Positions 19,901 through 28,378 of a stretch of DNA of 38,697 bases are shown here, one piece after another (position 1 is the stretch's first letter; each line of letters begins with the position of its first letter). The notes beneath the pieces are model-generated. The model ran no database searches. It saw only the letters and a program-made list of their open reading frames with translations, and was not told the DNA's origin. The DNA lies in IMG/VR virus record IMGVR_UViG_3300020045_006508, positions 1-38,697 of that record, one strand, 5' to 3'. This DNA comes from a virus. Taxonomy: Duplodnaviria > Caudoviricetes. The translations under genes and the position numbers were made by a program.

Positions 19901-22900
19901 GATTACCATTTCCTGCGCTTGGCTCTAGCACTCTCATTCCTGGCTCAATCTCTGCTAGTTGTGCCATACGTTGTGCGATTGCTACGGGGGTAGGGAAATA
20001 ATCAAGACCTACTTTTTTACCCACAAGGGCGCGTTCAGCAGCTTTTACGGGGTCTTCTTTCTGTCTATCCGCTTTGAATTTACTAAATTCAAATAAGGCA
20101 TTTTTAAACTGTTCAGTATCGGTTATGCCTAATCTTTTAAGACGTTCCTGTTCTTTGAATACTTCTGACGCTCTCCACCCTACATAAACTTTAGCATCGC
20201 TTTCACCTAACAATTTTACTACTTTGTCATAGTGTTCTCTTTGCAGATAATATTTTGAAGCTATTTCGTTATATAGTGTTTTACCGCCTCTCTTATCGCT
20301 TAACTGGTTATAAAGCCTGTGTTTTCTTTCGTCTTCTATATGGTAGTTAGGATATTCGACTAAAGCAGTGTTTCTAACATTGTTCAGCATTTCAACTTGA
20401 GTCATACTGGACAAGTTAGCCAATAATACCGCTTCGCCGCTTTCTATGGCATCGGCAATATTCAGGGCAGTTTTTGCCAGGGCAATTTGCACACGGGCTT
20501 TGTCATCTGCATAACCAGCTTCACGCGCTCTTTTGGGCGTGTTAGTTTGACGGTCACGGTTTAGTTCTTCTTCGGCTTTCTCAATAGCTTTGTTAGCAAT
20601 GGTACGCAAGCGATTAGCTGATTTCAATTGCCTTTCTTTGGTTACGTCCGATTTTTCAACTTTAGGTTCTGTTTGTTTTTTTTCGGGTTCTATCGTTTCT
20701 GTGGCTGTGTAGCCGTCCAGATATTTTTCACGGATGAAATAACCGCCGTCTTTTTTAAATGTGTACGGGTCTATCGCTTTAGCTTGGGTTTGGTTTAAAT
20801 CAGTGCGAACAATACCGCGTAAAATTTTGCCTTTTGTGGTAGTGTGTTCAATAATCGCGTTTTCAGTTGATAATTTTTTCTTATCAACTTGATTTTCTTG
20901 ATTCGCTTGCTCTGCGACTGGCGCGGCTTGTGGCTTGGATTTTTCTTTCTTACTTTCCTCAACACGCTGCACAGCCTCAACCACCTTCTTAGGCACAAGT
21001 TTACCTTCACTAATCGCCATTTTAACAGCCTTAGCGTAAGTTTCTTTCGCTGATGACGTAGTATCTAGTTGTGCGTATTCCTCCGGTGTCATCACATAAA
21101 CCGGTGTGTTTTCATCAAACAATAGCGCATCGGTTAATGATTTTCCACTATCAACATCACGCGCTAAATCGTCAACATAATCATCATAATTTTTAGATTC
21201 CTGAGCGTCCTTTACTTGTGGAAGTGCTTTTTCTGTTTTGGTATTGTGATACTCACGAAATGTACCCAGCTCGGATGAGCTTGTGCTGGTGGCTGCTGGG
21301 CTAGTTTTTGCTTTGTTCGTTTGTGTAGCAGGCTGTTGATTATTCGCGGGAATCTCAGCCAATGTACTCGACTGTTCAGTGCTGATTTTTTGGGGTTCAG
21401 TGGTTGGTTCATTGTTTGTTATCTCGTTTGAATTATTCGGATTTTCTAAATTGTTGGATTGTTCAGCAGCGGTTTGCTGTGGCTCTTGAGTCGCTGTTGG
21501 AGCTTGGTTTAGTGCAGGTTCATCTTGCAGCTCTGTAGTGTTCTCAATGCTTTTAGATTTAACTTCGGCCTCTCTATCTAAAGCAATGTTATTCAGCGTT
21601 GATAAAATCCCCTTTTCAAAATTATTAAGAGCTTGTTTGCCTTCATAATACTTATCAACAGTTTCTTTTATTTTTTTAACTGATGCTGTTTGTATAAATT
21701 GTTCACCATTATCCTTGTAAACAATAAACTTGCCGTTTTTAAACCAGTCTGGATTTACCGATGGAGTTCTATGTATAATCGCTCCGTTTTTATCTTTTAT
21801 AGTAGCACTGTCCCCATTTACCAGAATTTCATCGGCTAACGTTTTAATGCCGGGGTGATATTGTTCTTTTTGGTTAGTAGTTGTATTCTCCGAGCTAACA
21901 TAGTTATTTATCATGTTAATAACTTTAGCGGGATTACTTTCGACCATCTCATCAAGAGAGCTTATTAATTCTTGACGCGGGAATTCACCGCTGTATTTAT
22001 CAACAAAACCTTTTTTATGTTGAGATAATAGAATTTTAGCTCTTACTTTTTCAGCGTTTAGGCTGTTACTTTGAGCAATAGCATCACCTACCCCTGCTGC
22101 TTTACGCACCAATCCTTTGTTTGCTTCTTGGTTTGGTAATAGACCACTTCTTAATCCGGTGTAATAATCAGTTTGAGATTGCTCAATCTGTGGCAACTGT
22201 TCGCGCTGTTTTATAGCTTCATTAGCTGTATTTATTTCTTCTTGTCGCTGATACACTGAATTTGCATCAGTGTTTTGCTCTGGTCTGTTAGCTAAATCGG
22301 CTTGTAGTTGTTGATGGTATGTTTGATCTTTGGTAGGAACATCAACACCAGACTTCTGAGCAGCCTTAGCCAACGGCCCCAGGTTCATAAACCCGCCCAT
22401 TAATCCACCAGCAACAAGCCCTTGCACGCCAGCAGCCCCGACTCCTTTCCATCTATCCGGTTCGCCCATTGCTACGTTTTGCGCGTATTGTTCCTGCATG
22501 GATTGTGGCAGTTCTTCGGTAAAGCCTTCTGTAGCAGCCCCTTTCAAGAATCTGCCGGCGAGTCCACCCGTACCAATGTTTTTTCCTGCCAGCATTTTAG
22601 ACGCAACATCACCCAATAACGTACCAGAACCGCCAGCAATAGCAGCGTCAACCACCCCAGATGCAACAGCGGGGGCAACATAATCACCCCAGTCTCGCCC
22701 TGCATTCTGCGACTGATCTGCCAATGAACCAGCTTGTTGTACGCCCTCCATCCCTGCGCCTGCCGCTATCATTTTGGGCATGGCTGCTTTTATCGCTTGC
22801 TCTTTAGCAGCACCTTCAAGACCTGCCGTCATTCCTTTGTATATTTTGCTTTGCAAGCCCATACCAGGCAGCATTAATGGCACTGACTCTGCCACACTAC

Positions 22901-23279
22901 CAGCGGCCTGCATTGGATTGGCAATTAACGCGCCCAGTGTATTACGCCCCCTGTCCCACTCGCTTCCGTCAATTTCGCCAGCTTGCTGTACTGCCTGTTG
23001 ACCTTTTAAATAATCGTCAGAGTGCAGAGAGTTAATGAAGTCGTTTGTTCTTGCAGAGTCGTACCCGGCGTATTTAGCCGCATCACCAATCAACCCGCCA
23101 GAAACAATATTGCCCAAACCAACTACGCTTTGGCCGATACCAAGCCCACCTTTTAATGCAGCAACACCAAGATCACCAAGCCCCTGCTTTATTTGCTGGC
23201 CTGCTGATTTTGGTTTTGTTCTAGCATAAAACCCATCCAGCACAGGGTCGCCAGTTTCAATAACTTCATTATTCGCCAT
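16950..23279 (-). CDS. Giant polyvalent (DarB-like) internal virion protein: adenine MTase, ART-like, zincin and LPD23-like domains
   Basis: YFPTP/VLEPSAGNG/MNPPF (N6-adenine MTase); VWHGSPH..FD..KIGTGEGAQAFGYGHYFT (polyvalent ART-like); HELGVH and HEIQH (HExxH); ETGWFLGMDDKWRFEIDD (LPD23-like). Confidence 0.8.
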   Translation of the reverse strand: MANNEVIETGDPVLDGFYARTKPKSAGQQIKQGLGDLGVAALKGGLGIGQSVVGLGNIVSGGLIGDAAKYAGYDSARTNDFINSLHSDDYLKGQQAVQQAGEIDGSEWDRGRNTLGALIANPMQAAGSVAESVPLMLPGMGLQSKIYKGMTAGLEGAAKEQAIKAAMPKMIAAGAGMEGVQQAGSLADQSQNAGRDWGDYVAPAVASGVVDAAIAGGSGTLLGDVASKMLAGKNIGTGGLAGRFLKGAATEGFTEELPQSMQEQYAQNVAMGEPDRWKGVGAAGVQGLVAGGLMGGFMNLGPLAKAAQKSGVDVPTKDQTYHQQLQADLANRPEQNTDANSVYQRQEEINTANEAIKQREQLPQIEQSQTDYYTGLRSGLLPNQEANKGLVRKAAGVGDAIAQSNSLNAEKVRAKILLSQHKKGFVDKYSGEFPRQELISSLDEMVESNPAKVINMINNYVSSENTTTNQKEQYHPGIKTLADEILVNGDSATIKDKNGAIIHRTPSVNPDWFKNGKFIVYKDNGEQFIQTASVKKIKETVDKYYEGKQALNNFEKGILSTLNNIALDREAEVKSKSIENTTELQDEPALNQAPTATQEPQQTAAEQSNNLENPNNSNEITNNEPTTEPQKISTEQSSTLAEIPANNQQPATQTNKAKTSPAATSTSSSELGTFREYHNTKTEKALPQVKDAQESKNYDDYVDDLARDVDSGKSLTDALLFDENTPVYVMTPEEYAQLDTTSSAKETYAKAVKMAISEGKLVPKKVVEAVQRVEESKKEKSKPQAAPVAEQANQENQVDKKKLSTENAIIEHTTTKGKILRGIVRTDLNQTQAKAIDPYTFKKDGGYFIREKYLDGYTATETIEPEKKQTEPKVEKSDVTKERQLKSANRLRTIANKAIEKAEEELNRDRQTNTPKRAREAGYADDKARVQIALAKTALNIADAIESGEAVLLANLSSMTQVEMLNNVRNTALVEYPNYHIEDERKHRLYNQLSDKRGGKTLYNEIASKYYLQREHYDKVVKLLGESDAKVYVGWRASEVFKEQERLKRLGITDTEQFKNALFEFSKFKADRQKEDPVKAAERALVGKKVGLDYFPTPVAIAQRMAQLAEIEPGMRVLEPSAGNGNLADAAKSAGAKVDVIEISNDLRNVLEAKGYPIVAHDFMEFSPSELYDAVIMNPPFSNRLDADHIQHAFDMVKPGGKLVAIAGEGVFFGSDKKALAFREWLDENTAEVEKLDSGTFQDKSLLATTGANARLIVMDKPQETKFSKSPQPQTTHTATSLKSAMAKVFGQGWFDRLLATNKVKVINRADIDSVLGDGALFHKVWHGSPHDHNKFDSSKIGTGEGAQAFGYGHYFTDSKRIAEWYRNKLSGKRSASFNGIKINPGIYGNKALYDYLEDDLAIDRRYQGIGVGLKPIFDAVNLGEDAFNSARRDALESLNYDKTNKTRRYLREQEFYERQIDFLENLDFNKGFEWDSGKLYETELAPAQEEYLDWDKPLSEQSDFVKQRLINATDKTGEQLYKSLKKVANQKRASEVLSKLGIRGIRYKAEGGKSDANNYVIFDDNDIQIVAKYSKNGNIQAFYNPSDDTAYFVHDNISKDTDIKKLMLHELGVHALQLGRNDTEFKAILKRIDDLAKTSNNKFIKAAVQAATAANTPEHLMSEEILGYLVEKHPKLSIAQRFIQWFKSKIRSVFGINPDKLTEADLVAMATEALRSAPESLVFDGDVKGGKRKSYAGQKAVNANKSALARAVEMEQQGIDKQTIRKETGWFLGMDDKWRFEIDDSDVSFKQSAIQSFGGRDDLNPNIWLDSMDFSSNDIVMEVELRKVLNAPKLFEAYPFLKTVKLSTVDGRGGSYRLSELGSVISVGDDSDIKEKLSTLLHEIQHAIQTVEGFATGGNSVEFKKGLSDNSINDHKKALSEYEDAVKIKTLMLKDNNFSSVPFAANEIEARIGRAVENGAKSLARQYDLEALKATRQEIRDAIASSTSTNQAFDSYQRLAGEIESRDVQSRMNMTPAQRIESEPYASQGIAKEDAIIRFGNGVAESRNEPVTLQIFKGLDSRSPKATREKTMSDIMDNPNKDRIMYINDNFIDILSQLEDVKGFIIKC

Positions 23280-23281
23280 GA

Positions 23282-25105
23282 TTATTTACCTTGTCGTTGT
23301 GCTGCGTATATTTTTTGGATTTGCGCTATTGCGTGAGCGCGTTCTTCGGGCGTGGCTTCGGGGTGACTTAATAATTCCTGATACTGCTTTAGGATGTTTT
23401 GTGGTGCTGCTTGTTGGTTTCCCGCTAACATAGCCATCGGATTAATAACCTTGCCTGTGTCTGGGCTATATAACACCTGTTGCTTTCTGGTCGCGTCAGT
23501 TGGATAGCCTTTATCGTCTAAAATAGGTTCTTCGTTGTCGAGTTTGAAATACTGCGGCTTTAATGGTGTCGACATCAATCCCGCTTTAGTCCGTGCGTTT
23601 TCATTGGCCTGTGATTGCTGCATCAGTCCATATTTAGCGGTATCAAGATTTAACCCTTGTTGTTGTAAACCAAGCCGCTGTTGGTCGTTGCTATTATCAA
23701 GCAATCCTTTCCAACCCTGCATATCTTGGTTGCGTCTAAACTGGCTTTCATCCTGCCCAAGTTTGTTAGTGCCTTGCTGTATTTGTTGATTTGCAACGTC
23801 ATTACCCAACAATGTTTCAAGGTTTTTCTGCGCGTATTTTGCGTTAATTCGGTTTGAGCCGTCAGACATATCGCGCTGAGTTAGCCGCATATCATGTGCG
23901 ATTTGCCGTTGAATTTCTTGCTGTGCGTGCCAATCCGGTGTCGCGTTGCTTTGAATCGGTGCTTGTTGATATTCCTGCCCTTGCGGATATTGTGGCGGTC
24001 TATTGTCTGCCGCTGCTCGTTGTTGGTTTAACGCGATAGTCGCTTCTTTATTGTATGGTTGGTATTGGGGAACTATGTTTTGCTGTGGAGCAACATAATC
24101 AACCCCGTTATTTTGATAGTTTGCCTGGAATGTTTGCGGTTGCACCCGTGATTTTGTAGGTTTTGTGGCTTGCTGGTATGTTTTCTCTTGTTTTGAAACA
24201 GTAGCGTTATCCTGATTGCTTGGGTTATTGACTACATTAGTTTGCAACGGACTATCACTAGTCGTTAGTTGATTGTGGTGTTGCTGCTGAAGAACTCTAT
24301 CAGGATAGTAATTATCAATATTACTGTCTGGAACATCAGAGCTATATTGGGTAGATAGTGTGTATTCTGGGGGGGGTGGTGATACAAAATTACTATCGCC
24401 ATTAATATTCCCTTGTATGTCATATGGCCGCAACGATTCGCTTTTAAATTCTGTATATGGGTCTAATCCACTATTTTTGACGGGATTCAACGATGTTTTA
24501 CCAACACCACTTTGACCCGAAGCAAGTTGATTAATAAAATGCTGATCTCCAAACGATGTGTTTTTACCTTGCGCATTAACAGGACCACCCGCATAAATGG
24601 ATGACTGTCCAGCTTGGTAGGGTTTAAAGCCTAACTGTTCAGCATTGTTTTCAATTTGCGTTTGGAATTTATATGGCGCGTCCATTGCAGATAAAAAAGC
24701 CATATTGCCGGGCGAAAGTGGTGACTGCTGGCTTTGAGTGGAATTGCCTAATAAGGCGTTACCTTTAGCGATGGTTTGTTGCGAGAGATTGCCGCTTGGT
24801 TTTAAGGAATTGACTGTGTTATTAACTGCTGATTGTGTCGGAATAGATGCTCCACCAAGAATAACTTTATTAGCTTGGCTGAATGGCAGCGAGTTTTTAC
24901 CGTGCAACAAAGCGTCAACCCCAGCACCAACAGCCATTTTTGAAGCGTCCAGTGCTTGACTTGCATTGTTAATAAACGGCTTGACGGTTTTATTATAAAC
25001 CCCGGTTAAACCTTCGTTTACACCAAGATCATTATAAAACCTCTGTCCTGCAAGTCTGTTTTGTTCGGCTTTTTGTCTTAAACCAACACCTGTATTGTTA
25101 GCCAT
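23282..25105 (-). CDS. Q/N-rich probable ejection (internal virion) protein
   Basis: 607-aa low-complexity ORF directly upstream of the giant polyvalent gene. Confidence 0.55.
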   Translation of the reverse strand: MANNTGVGLRQKAEQNRLAGQRFYNDLGVNEGLTGVYNKTVKPFINNASQALDASKMAVGAGVDALLHGKNSLPFSQANKVILGGASIPTQSAVNNTVNSLKPSGNLSQQTIAKGNALLGNSTQSQQSPLSPGNMAFLSAMDAPYKFQTQIENNAEQLGFKPYQAGQSSIYAGGPVNAQGKNTSFGDQHFINQLASGQSGVGKTSLNPVKNSGLDPYTEFKSESLRPYDIQGNINGDSNFVSPPPPEYTLSTQYSSDVPDSNIDNYYPDRVLQQQHHNQLTTSDSPLQTNVVNNPSNQDNATVSKQEKTYQQATKPTKSRVQPQTFQANYQNNGVDYVAPQQNIVPQYQPYNKEATIALNQQRAAADNRPPQYPQGQEYQQAPIQSNATPDWHAQQEIQRQIAHDMRLTQRDMSDGSNRINAKYAQKNLETLLGNDVANQQIQQGTNKLGQDESQFRRNQDMQGWKGLLDNSNDQQRLGLQQQGLNLDTAKYGLMQQSQANENARTKAGLMSTPLKPQYFKLDNEEPILDDKGYPTDATRKQQVLYSPDTGKVINPMAMLAGNQQAAPQNILKQYQELLSHPEATPEERAHAIAQIQKIYAAQRQGK

Positions 25106-25119
25106 ATCACACGCTCATT

Positions 25120-25134
25120 TTGTCATCACGACAA
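25120..25134. promoter_or_regulatory. Stem-ATCAC palindromic element, copy 2
   Basis: TTGTC-ATCAC-GACAA, 14 nt before the ATG at 25105. Confidence 0.6.
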
Positions 25135-25183
25135 TAAAAAAATTAACGATATGATACCTCAAAACAGCGAATTAACACACAAT

Positions 25184-25217
25184 AAAAAACCCGCTTTGAT
25201 GTTATCGCTGCGGGTTT
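25184..25217 (-). terminator. Intrinsic terminator
   Basis: AAACCCGC-N15-GCGGG-T6 on the - strand, downstream of 25239. Confidence 0.6.
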
Positions 25218-25238
25218 GTTAGTCACTTTAGATGCGCT

Positions 25239-25808
25239 CTAAATTTCTTTTGTGTGTATTGTAACTTTTTTAACCGCACTAGCAGTTGGAGTATAGCCTC
25301 CAACTGTTTGCAATACCGCATAAAGAGACGTGGTTGTAAGTTTGATTTGCTTTCCAGTGAATGAGTCGCTAAAAAACAACGTGCCCCCTAAATCTTCTGG
25401 TGTCGATAAGGTGCAATATCCTAAATAACTGGCGCGATCACCTGCGATTAAATCCCATGCGGCGTTATCTGCAATAGCTGTAGGGCTTGCGTTATATAAA
25501 TGTAATTTAAAACCAGCCATGCCCGAAGGAATGGCCGCGACATCAATTTCATGCTGAACAGAAACTATTTCAATCTCACCGCCAGCCAATCCTAATCCTG
25601 AAAATACAATAATCGCGCTTCCTCCAGCATCACCAACAGCATCACCAGCTGTATATGCGGTTGTGTCGCTAGGGCGTGTGATTGTTACGGATGACGAGTG
25701 ACCTTTGGGATTACTGTTTACCTCTAAATAGCCATCATCACTAGTTCTTACCACTCTAAAAATGCTACCAACAACACTTTTTACTGTTGTGCCTAAAAAG
25801 TTATTCAT
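25239..25808 (-). CDS. Hypothetical virion protein
   Basis: ITRPSDTTAYTAGD...FKLHLYNASP beta-rich protein; start probably ATG at 25808 overlapping the previous stop (ORF track starts at 25823). Confidence 0.55.
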   Translation of the reverse strand: MNNFLGTTVKSVVGSIFRVVRTSDDGYLEVNSNPKGHSSSVTITRPSDTTAYTAGDAVGDAGGSAIIVFSGLGLAGGEIEIVSVQHEIDVAAIPSGMAGFKLHLYNASPTAIADNAAWDLIAGDRASYLGYCTLSTPEDLGGTLFFSDSFTGKQIKLTTTSLYAVLQTVGGYTPTASAVKKVTIHTKEI

Positions 25809-26530
25809 TATTCTGTGTCCCAATTATAAGAAGGGTTAAAATTGCTTGACTGCTTAACATAAGCCGTTGGCATAACCTGCATATCACGCGGCGATTCAAA
25901 CTGATGTTGTCTCACTTTTGCACTTACAGGATCGCCGAATATTTGATTAAACCTGGATAAAAAGTAGTCACTACGCTCTTGATTATGTGCGTCAGCATCT
26001 TGTTTTTTATAGCACTCATGTAAAACCCAGTACAACAGATCGCGATGATATTCACTTGGTATTTCTGGGGTTTGCGTATCAGCAGTAATAGATAGATTTG
26101 GCAGTCGATAAACTTCGAGATAAACGAATTTTCCAGCATCACTTAAATCAGGAAGTGGAGAAAATCTTATGCTACGCCCTGACACCACAGCAAAAACAGG
26201 CTTTCCTGTCATGCCTGAATCTGTGCGCCACGTCGGTGACAGTCTGTCCATTTCATCTTTTGTTTTGCGCTGTACCAAGCTACCGTCAAAAATAATATTT
26301 TCAATGACGGTAATCTTGTCGCTAAATGCGTATGATGCAACAGCGTTAGCCAATGTGATTTTACAGTAAGCAGCAGTGCTGTCGTCATAGATTAAATTAG
26401 CACGGTTGCACGCTTGCCTCTCGGCTTCTGTGAATTTGCGTAACAAACTGCTGTTATCCCACAAATTCTGGGCAATCGTGTCATCAAGATAATCTGCTCT
26501 AGCTGTTGTTATTAGCTCAGAGATTAGCAT
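25808..26530 (-). CDS. Head-tail adaptor / tail tubular A-like protein
   Basis: ELI..AR.D.LDD....LW...L......EA.RQAC.R...PEIP.EYH..LLYW......K.DAD pattern of podovirus adaptors; position after capsid genes. Confidence 0.65.
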   Translation of the reverse strand: MLISELITTARADYLDDTIAQNLWDNSSLLRKFTEAERQACNRANLIYDDSTAAYCKITLANAVASYAFSDKITVIENIIFDGSLVQRKTKDEMDRLSPTWRTDSGMTGKPVFAVVSGRSIRFSPLPDLSDAGKFVYLEVYRLPNLSITADTQTPEIPSEYHRDLLYWVLHECYKKQDADAHNQERSDYFLSRFNQIFGDPVSAKVRQHQFESPRDMQVMPTAYVKQSSNFNPSYNWDTE

Positions 26531-26535
26531 GATTA

Positions 26536-27318
26536 TCAGCCAGCGTATTGGCTAACGCCAAAAGTTGACAAGTCAAAACTGCCCCAAACTTCAACCGTTG
26601 AGCCGTTCATGGCACTATTTAAATCAACCGTACCGCGAACATCGCCAGTCGTTGCTGTTGCTGTCGCTGTAACCGCTACAACAATAGTTGCCTCTGTCGC
26701 TTCTTTGACGCTGTTAAACCAGGTTTGCATCACGTCAGATTTAGCAGAAATTACATAAGGCAATCCCAGTGCATCACCCCAGCCAAGATTCAAAGTGTTG
26801 GTGGTAGAGTTGCCAGCGGATGTAATAGCAATAGATGATACGTATTTAAACGCTTTTAAGCCTGCTGCTGTTTTATCTGTGCCGGTTGCTGTAATGGTCA
26901 TAGTTTCAACCATCTTTTGTTTGTACTGGTCATAGCCGGTAACGGTGCAAGTACACGCCACGATTGACGAGCTATGCGTTACGTTTAAAGACAGGTTGCG
27001 AGGAACATCCAAAGACCAAACTAAAACCGCTTGCCCGTCACCCATAGCAATGGTGCTTGGTGCTGCAATTGCGCCATCTAAAGGAGTAGTGTTATCGGTT
27101 GCAGGCGTGTAAGTTTTGGTGGTTGCGTTTGGCATTTCCGTGCTTGTTGCAGCAGAAACAATGCCAGTAGCACTAGCAGCAATGGGAGAACCAAGCGAAA
27201 CTTTAGTCAAGAATGAAATTGGAACTCCGTGTCTTTCGTTGGTTGCAAAAGCCACGGGAGTGTAAGCGTCACCCACATAAAGCTGTGAGGCATGAGATAA
27301 ATGATGTTTGGAAGCCAT
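26536..27318 (-). CDS. Virion structural protein (head-associated)
   Basis: T/A-rich; PRN.......TVTGYD.Y.Q.M.E.......G.KAFK.V.SI.....GWGD.LGLP pattern; AAGGA SD. Confidence 0.6.
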   Translation of the reverse strand: MASKHHLSHASQLYVGDAYTPVAFATNERHGVPISFLTKVSLGSPIAASATGIVSAATSTEMPNATTKTYTPATDNTTPLDGAIAAPSTIAMGDGQAVLVWSLDVPRNLSLNVTHSSSIVACTCTVTGYDQYKQKMVETMTITATGTDKTAAGLKAFKYVSSIAITSAGNSTTNTLNLGWGDALGLPYVISAKSDVMQTWFNSVKEATEATIVVAVTATATATTGDVRGTVDLNSAMNGSTVEVWGSFDLSTFGVSQYAG

Positions 27319-27331
27319 TTTAAAAATCCTT

Positions 27332-27346
27332 TCGTCATCACGACGA
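27332..27346. promoter_or_regulatory. Stem-ATCAC palindromic element, copy 3
   Basis: TCGTC-ATCAC-GACGA abutting the SD, 13 nt before the ATG at 27318. Confidence 0.6.
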
Positions 27347-27380
27347 TAGACAGCCAGTTAAGGCAATTAATGAAGGCTTA

Positions 27381-27403
27381 ATTATAAACCCATAGTTTAT
27401 AAT
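27381..27403. repeat. Perfect 9-bp inverted repeat, possible operator/promoter
   Basis: ATTATAAAC-ccata-GTTTATAAT; near copy at 31679-31701. Confidence 0.45.
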
Positions 27404-27412
27404 TTGCTTGAT

Positions 27413-28261
27413 TTATTTAAAGGCAAATAGCAAGCCTTTGTTTTTACCCTTTAAAATTGGTTTATTACTGACTATTGAGCGTCTAATTGTTCCATGTGGC
27501 ATATCGTAAAAATCACCGGCTTTTGTAATGGTTGCAAATTCTTTGTTAGTCGTAACTTCTAAAATTGCCTTTCCCATTTTGTCCCTTGATTCTTCGGTGT
27601 GATTGCGCCCTTTCCAATGGTCATAATGTCCCTGTTCAGCAGCGGCCTTTATTTTAGCCATGCCTTCTTCCGATACTTTTCGCCCTTCTCCTTTTGGTAC
27701 GCCTCTTTGTGTATCGCCTATTTTCTTTTTAACTTCATCGGGCACGGTCTTTCCATAACGGTAATGCTTCTCTCCTGTCATTATGCCTGTTCTATTCGCC
27801 CTAATTTTAGCCTTTGTTTCCTCGGTATGTTTTTTCCCTAGTCTAGGATGTTGCTCAGGGTATTTTTTAAAAAATAGTTTCAAACCATTTGAAACAGCTT
27901 GTCGCGCATCAGTAGATCGTGGTTTGCCATAATTAGGATGAGATCCTTTCGGGCATCCTCGCCATGGAGCGTTAGACCGATAGCCGGTATTGTAGCAATA
28001 CTTCTTGCCAACGTGTTCTATTAGCCATACATCTTCTGCATCCTGTAGACTTTTATCTTCTGGAATCACATCAATCACTTTAAAAACAAAGTTGTTCTCT
28101 CCATGCTTGTTCCATGCTGCTTGAAGCTTGGGGCTGTGATGCCTGTTTCCTCGTAACATACTTCGATGGGTTCTAAATCTTTCTGGTTTGTTGGTAGTGC
28201 TACCAACATAAAACTTTCCATCAATTAAGTTTATTATTTTGTAGATAACTTGTTCTTTCAT
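27413..28261 (-). CDS. Free-standing GIY-YIG homing endonuclease with NUMOD3 repeats
   Basis: VIYKI.N.IDGKFYVGST...R...H...L..N.HH...LQ.AWNKHG..NF.F; repeats GKKHTEETKAKI, GKTVPDEVKKKI, GRKVSEEGMAKI, GRNHTEESRDKM; C-terminal NUMOD1-like HTH. Confidence 0.9.
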   Translation of the reverse strand: MKEQVIYKIINLIDGKFYVGSTTNKPERFRTHRSMLRGNRHHSPKLQAAWNKHGENNFVFKVIDVIPEDKSLQDAEDVWLIEHVGKKYCYNTGYRSNAPWRGCPKGSHPNYGKPRSTDARQAVSNGLKLFFKKYPEQHPRLGKKHTEETKAKIRANRTGIMTGEKHYRYGKTVPDEVKKKIGDTQRGVPKGEGRKVSEEGMAKIKAAAEQGHYDHWKGRNHTEESRDKMGKAILEVTTNKEFATITKAGDFYDMPHGTIRRSIVSNKPILKGKNKGLLFAFK

Positions 28262-28327
28262 GGTATTTAAAGTACAAAGGCTAATGAATGTTATATATTA
28301 ACACACAAGCCCGTGTATTCAAAGCAT

Positions 28328-28353
28328 AAAAAAGCCCTGACTAGCAGGGCTTT
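28328..28353 (-). terminator. Intrinsic terminator after the major capsid gene
   Basis: AAAGCCCTG-N5-CAGGGC-T6 on the - strand. Confidence 0.8.
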
Positions 28354-28378
28354 AAGTTGTTGATTTTAAAAGGCTTTT

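Noticed and set aside
27413-28261. GIY-YIG gene as part of a group I intron
   Set aside because: The MCP ends normally with a terminator, the downstream gene has its own SD and start, and there is no room for an intron core
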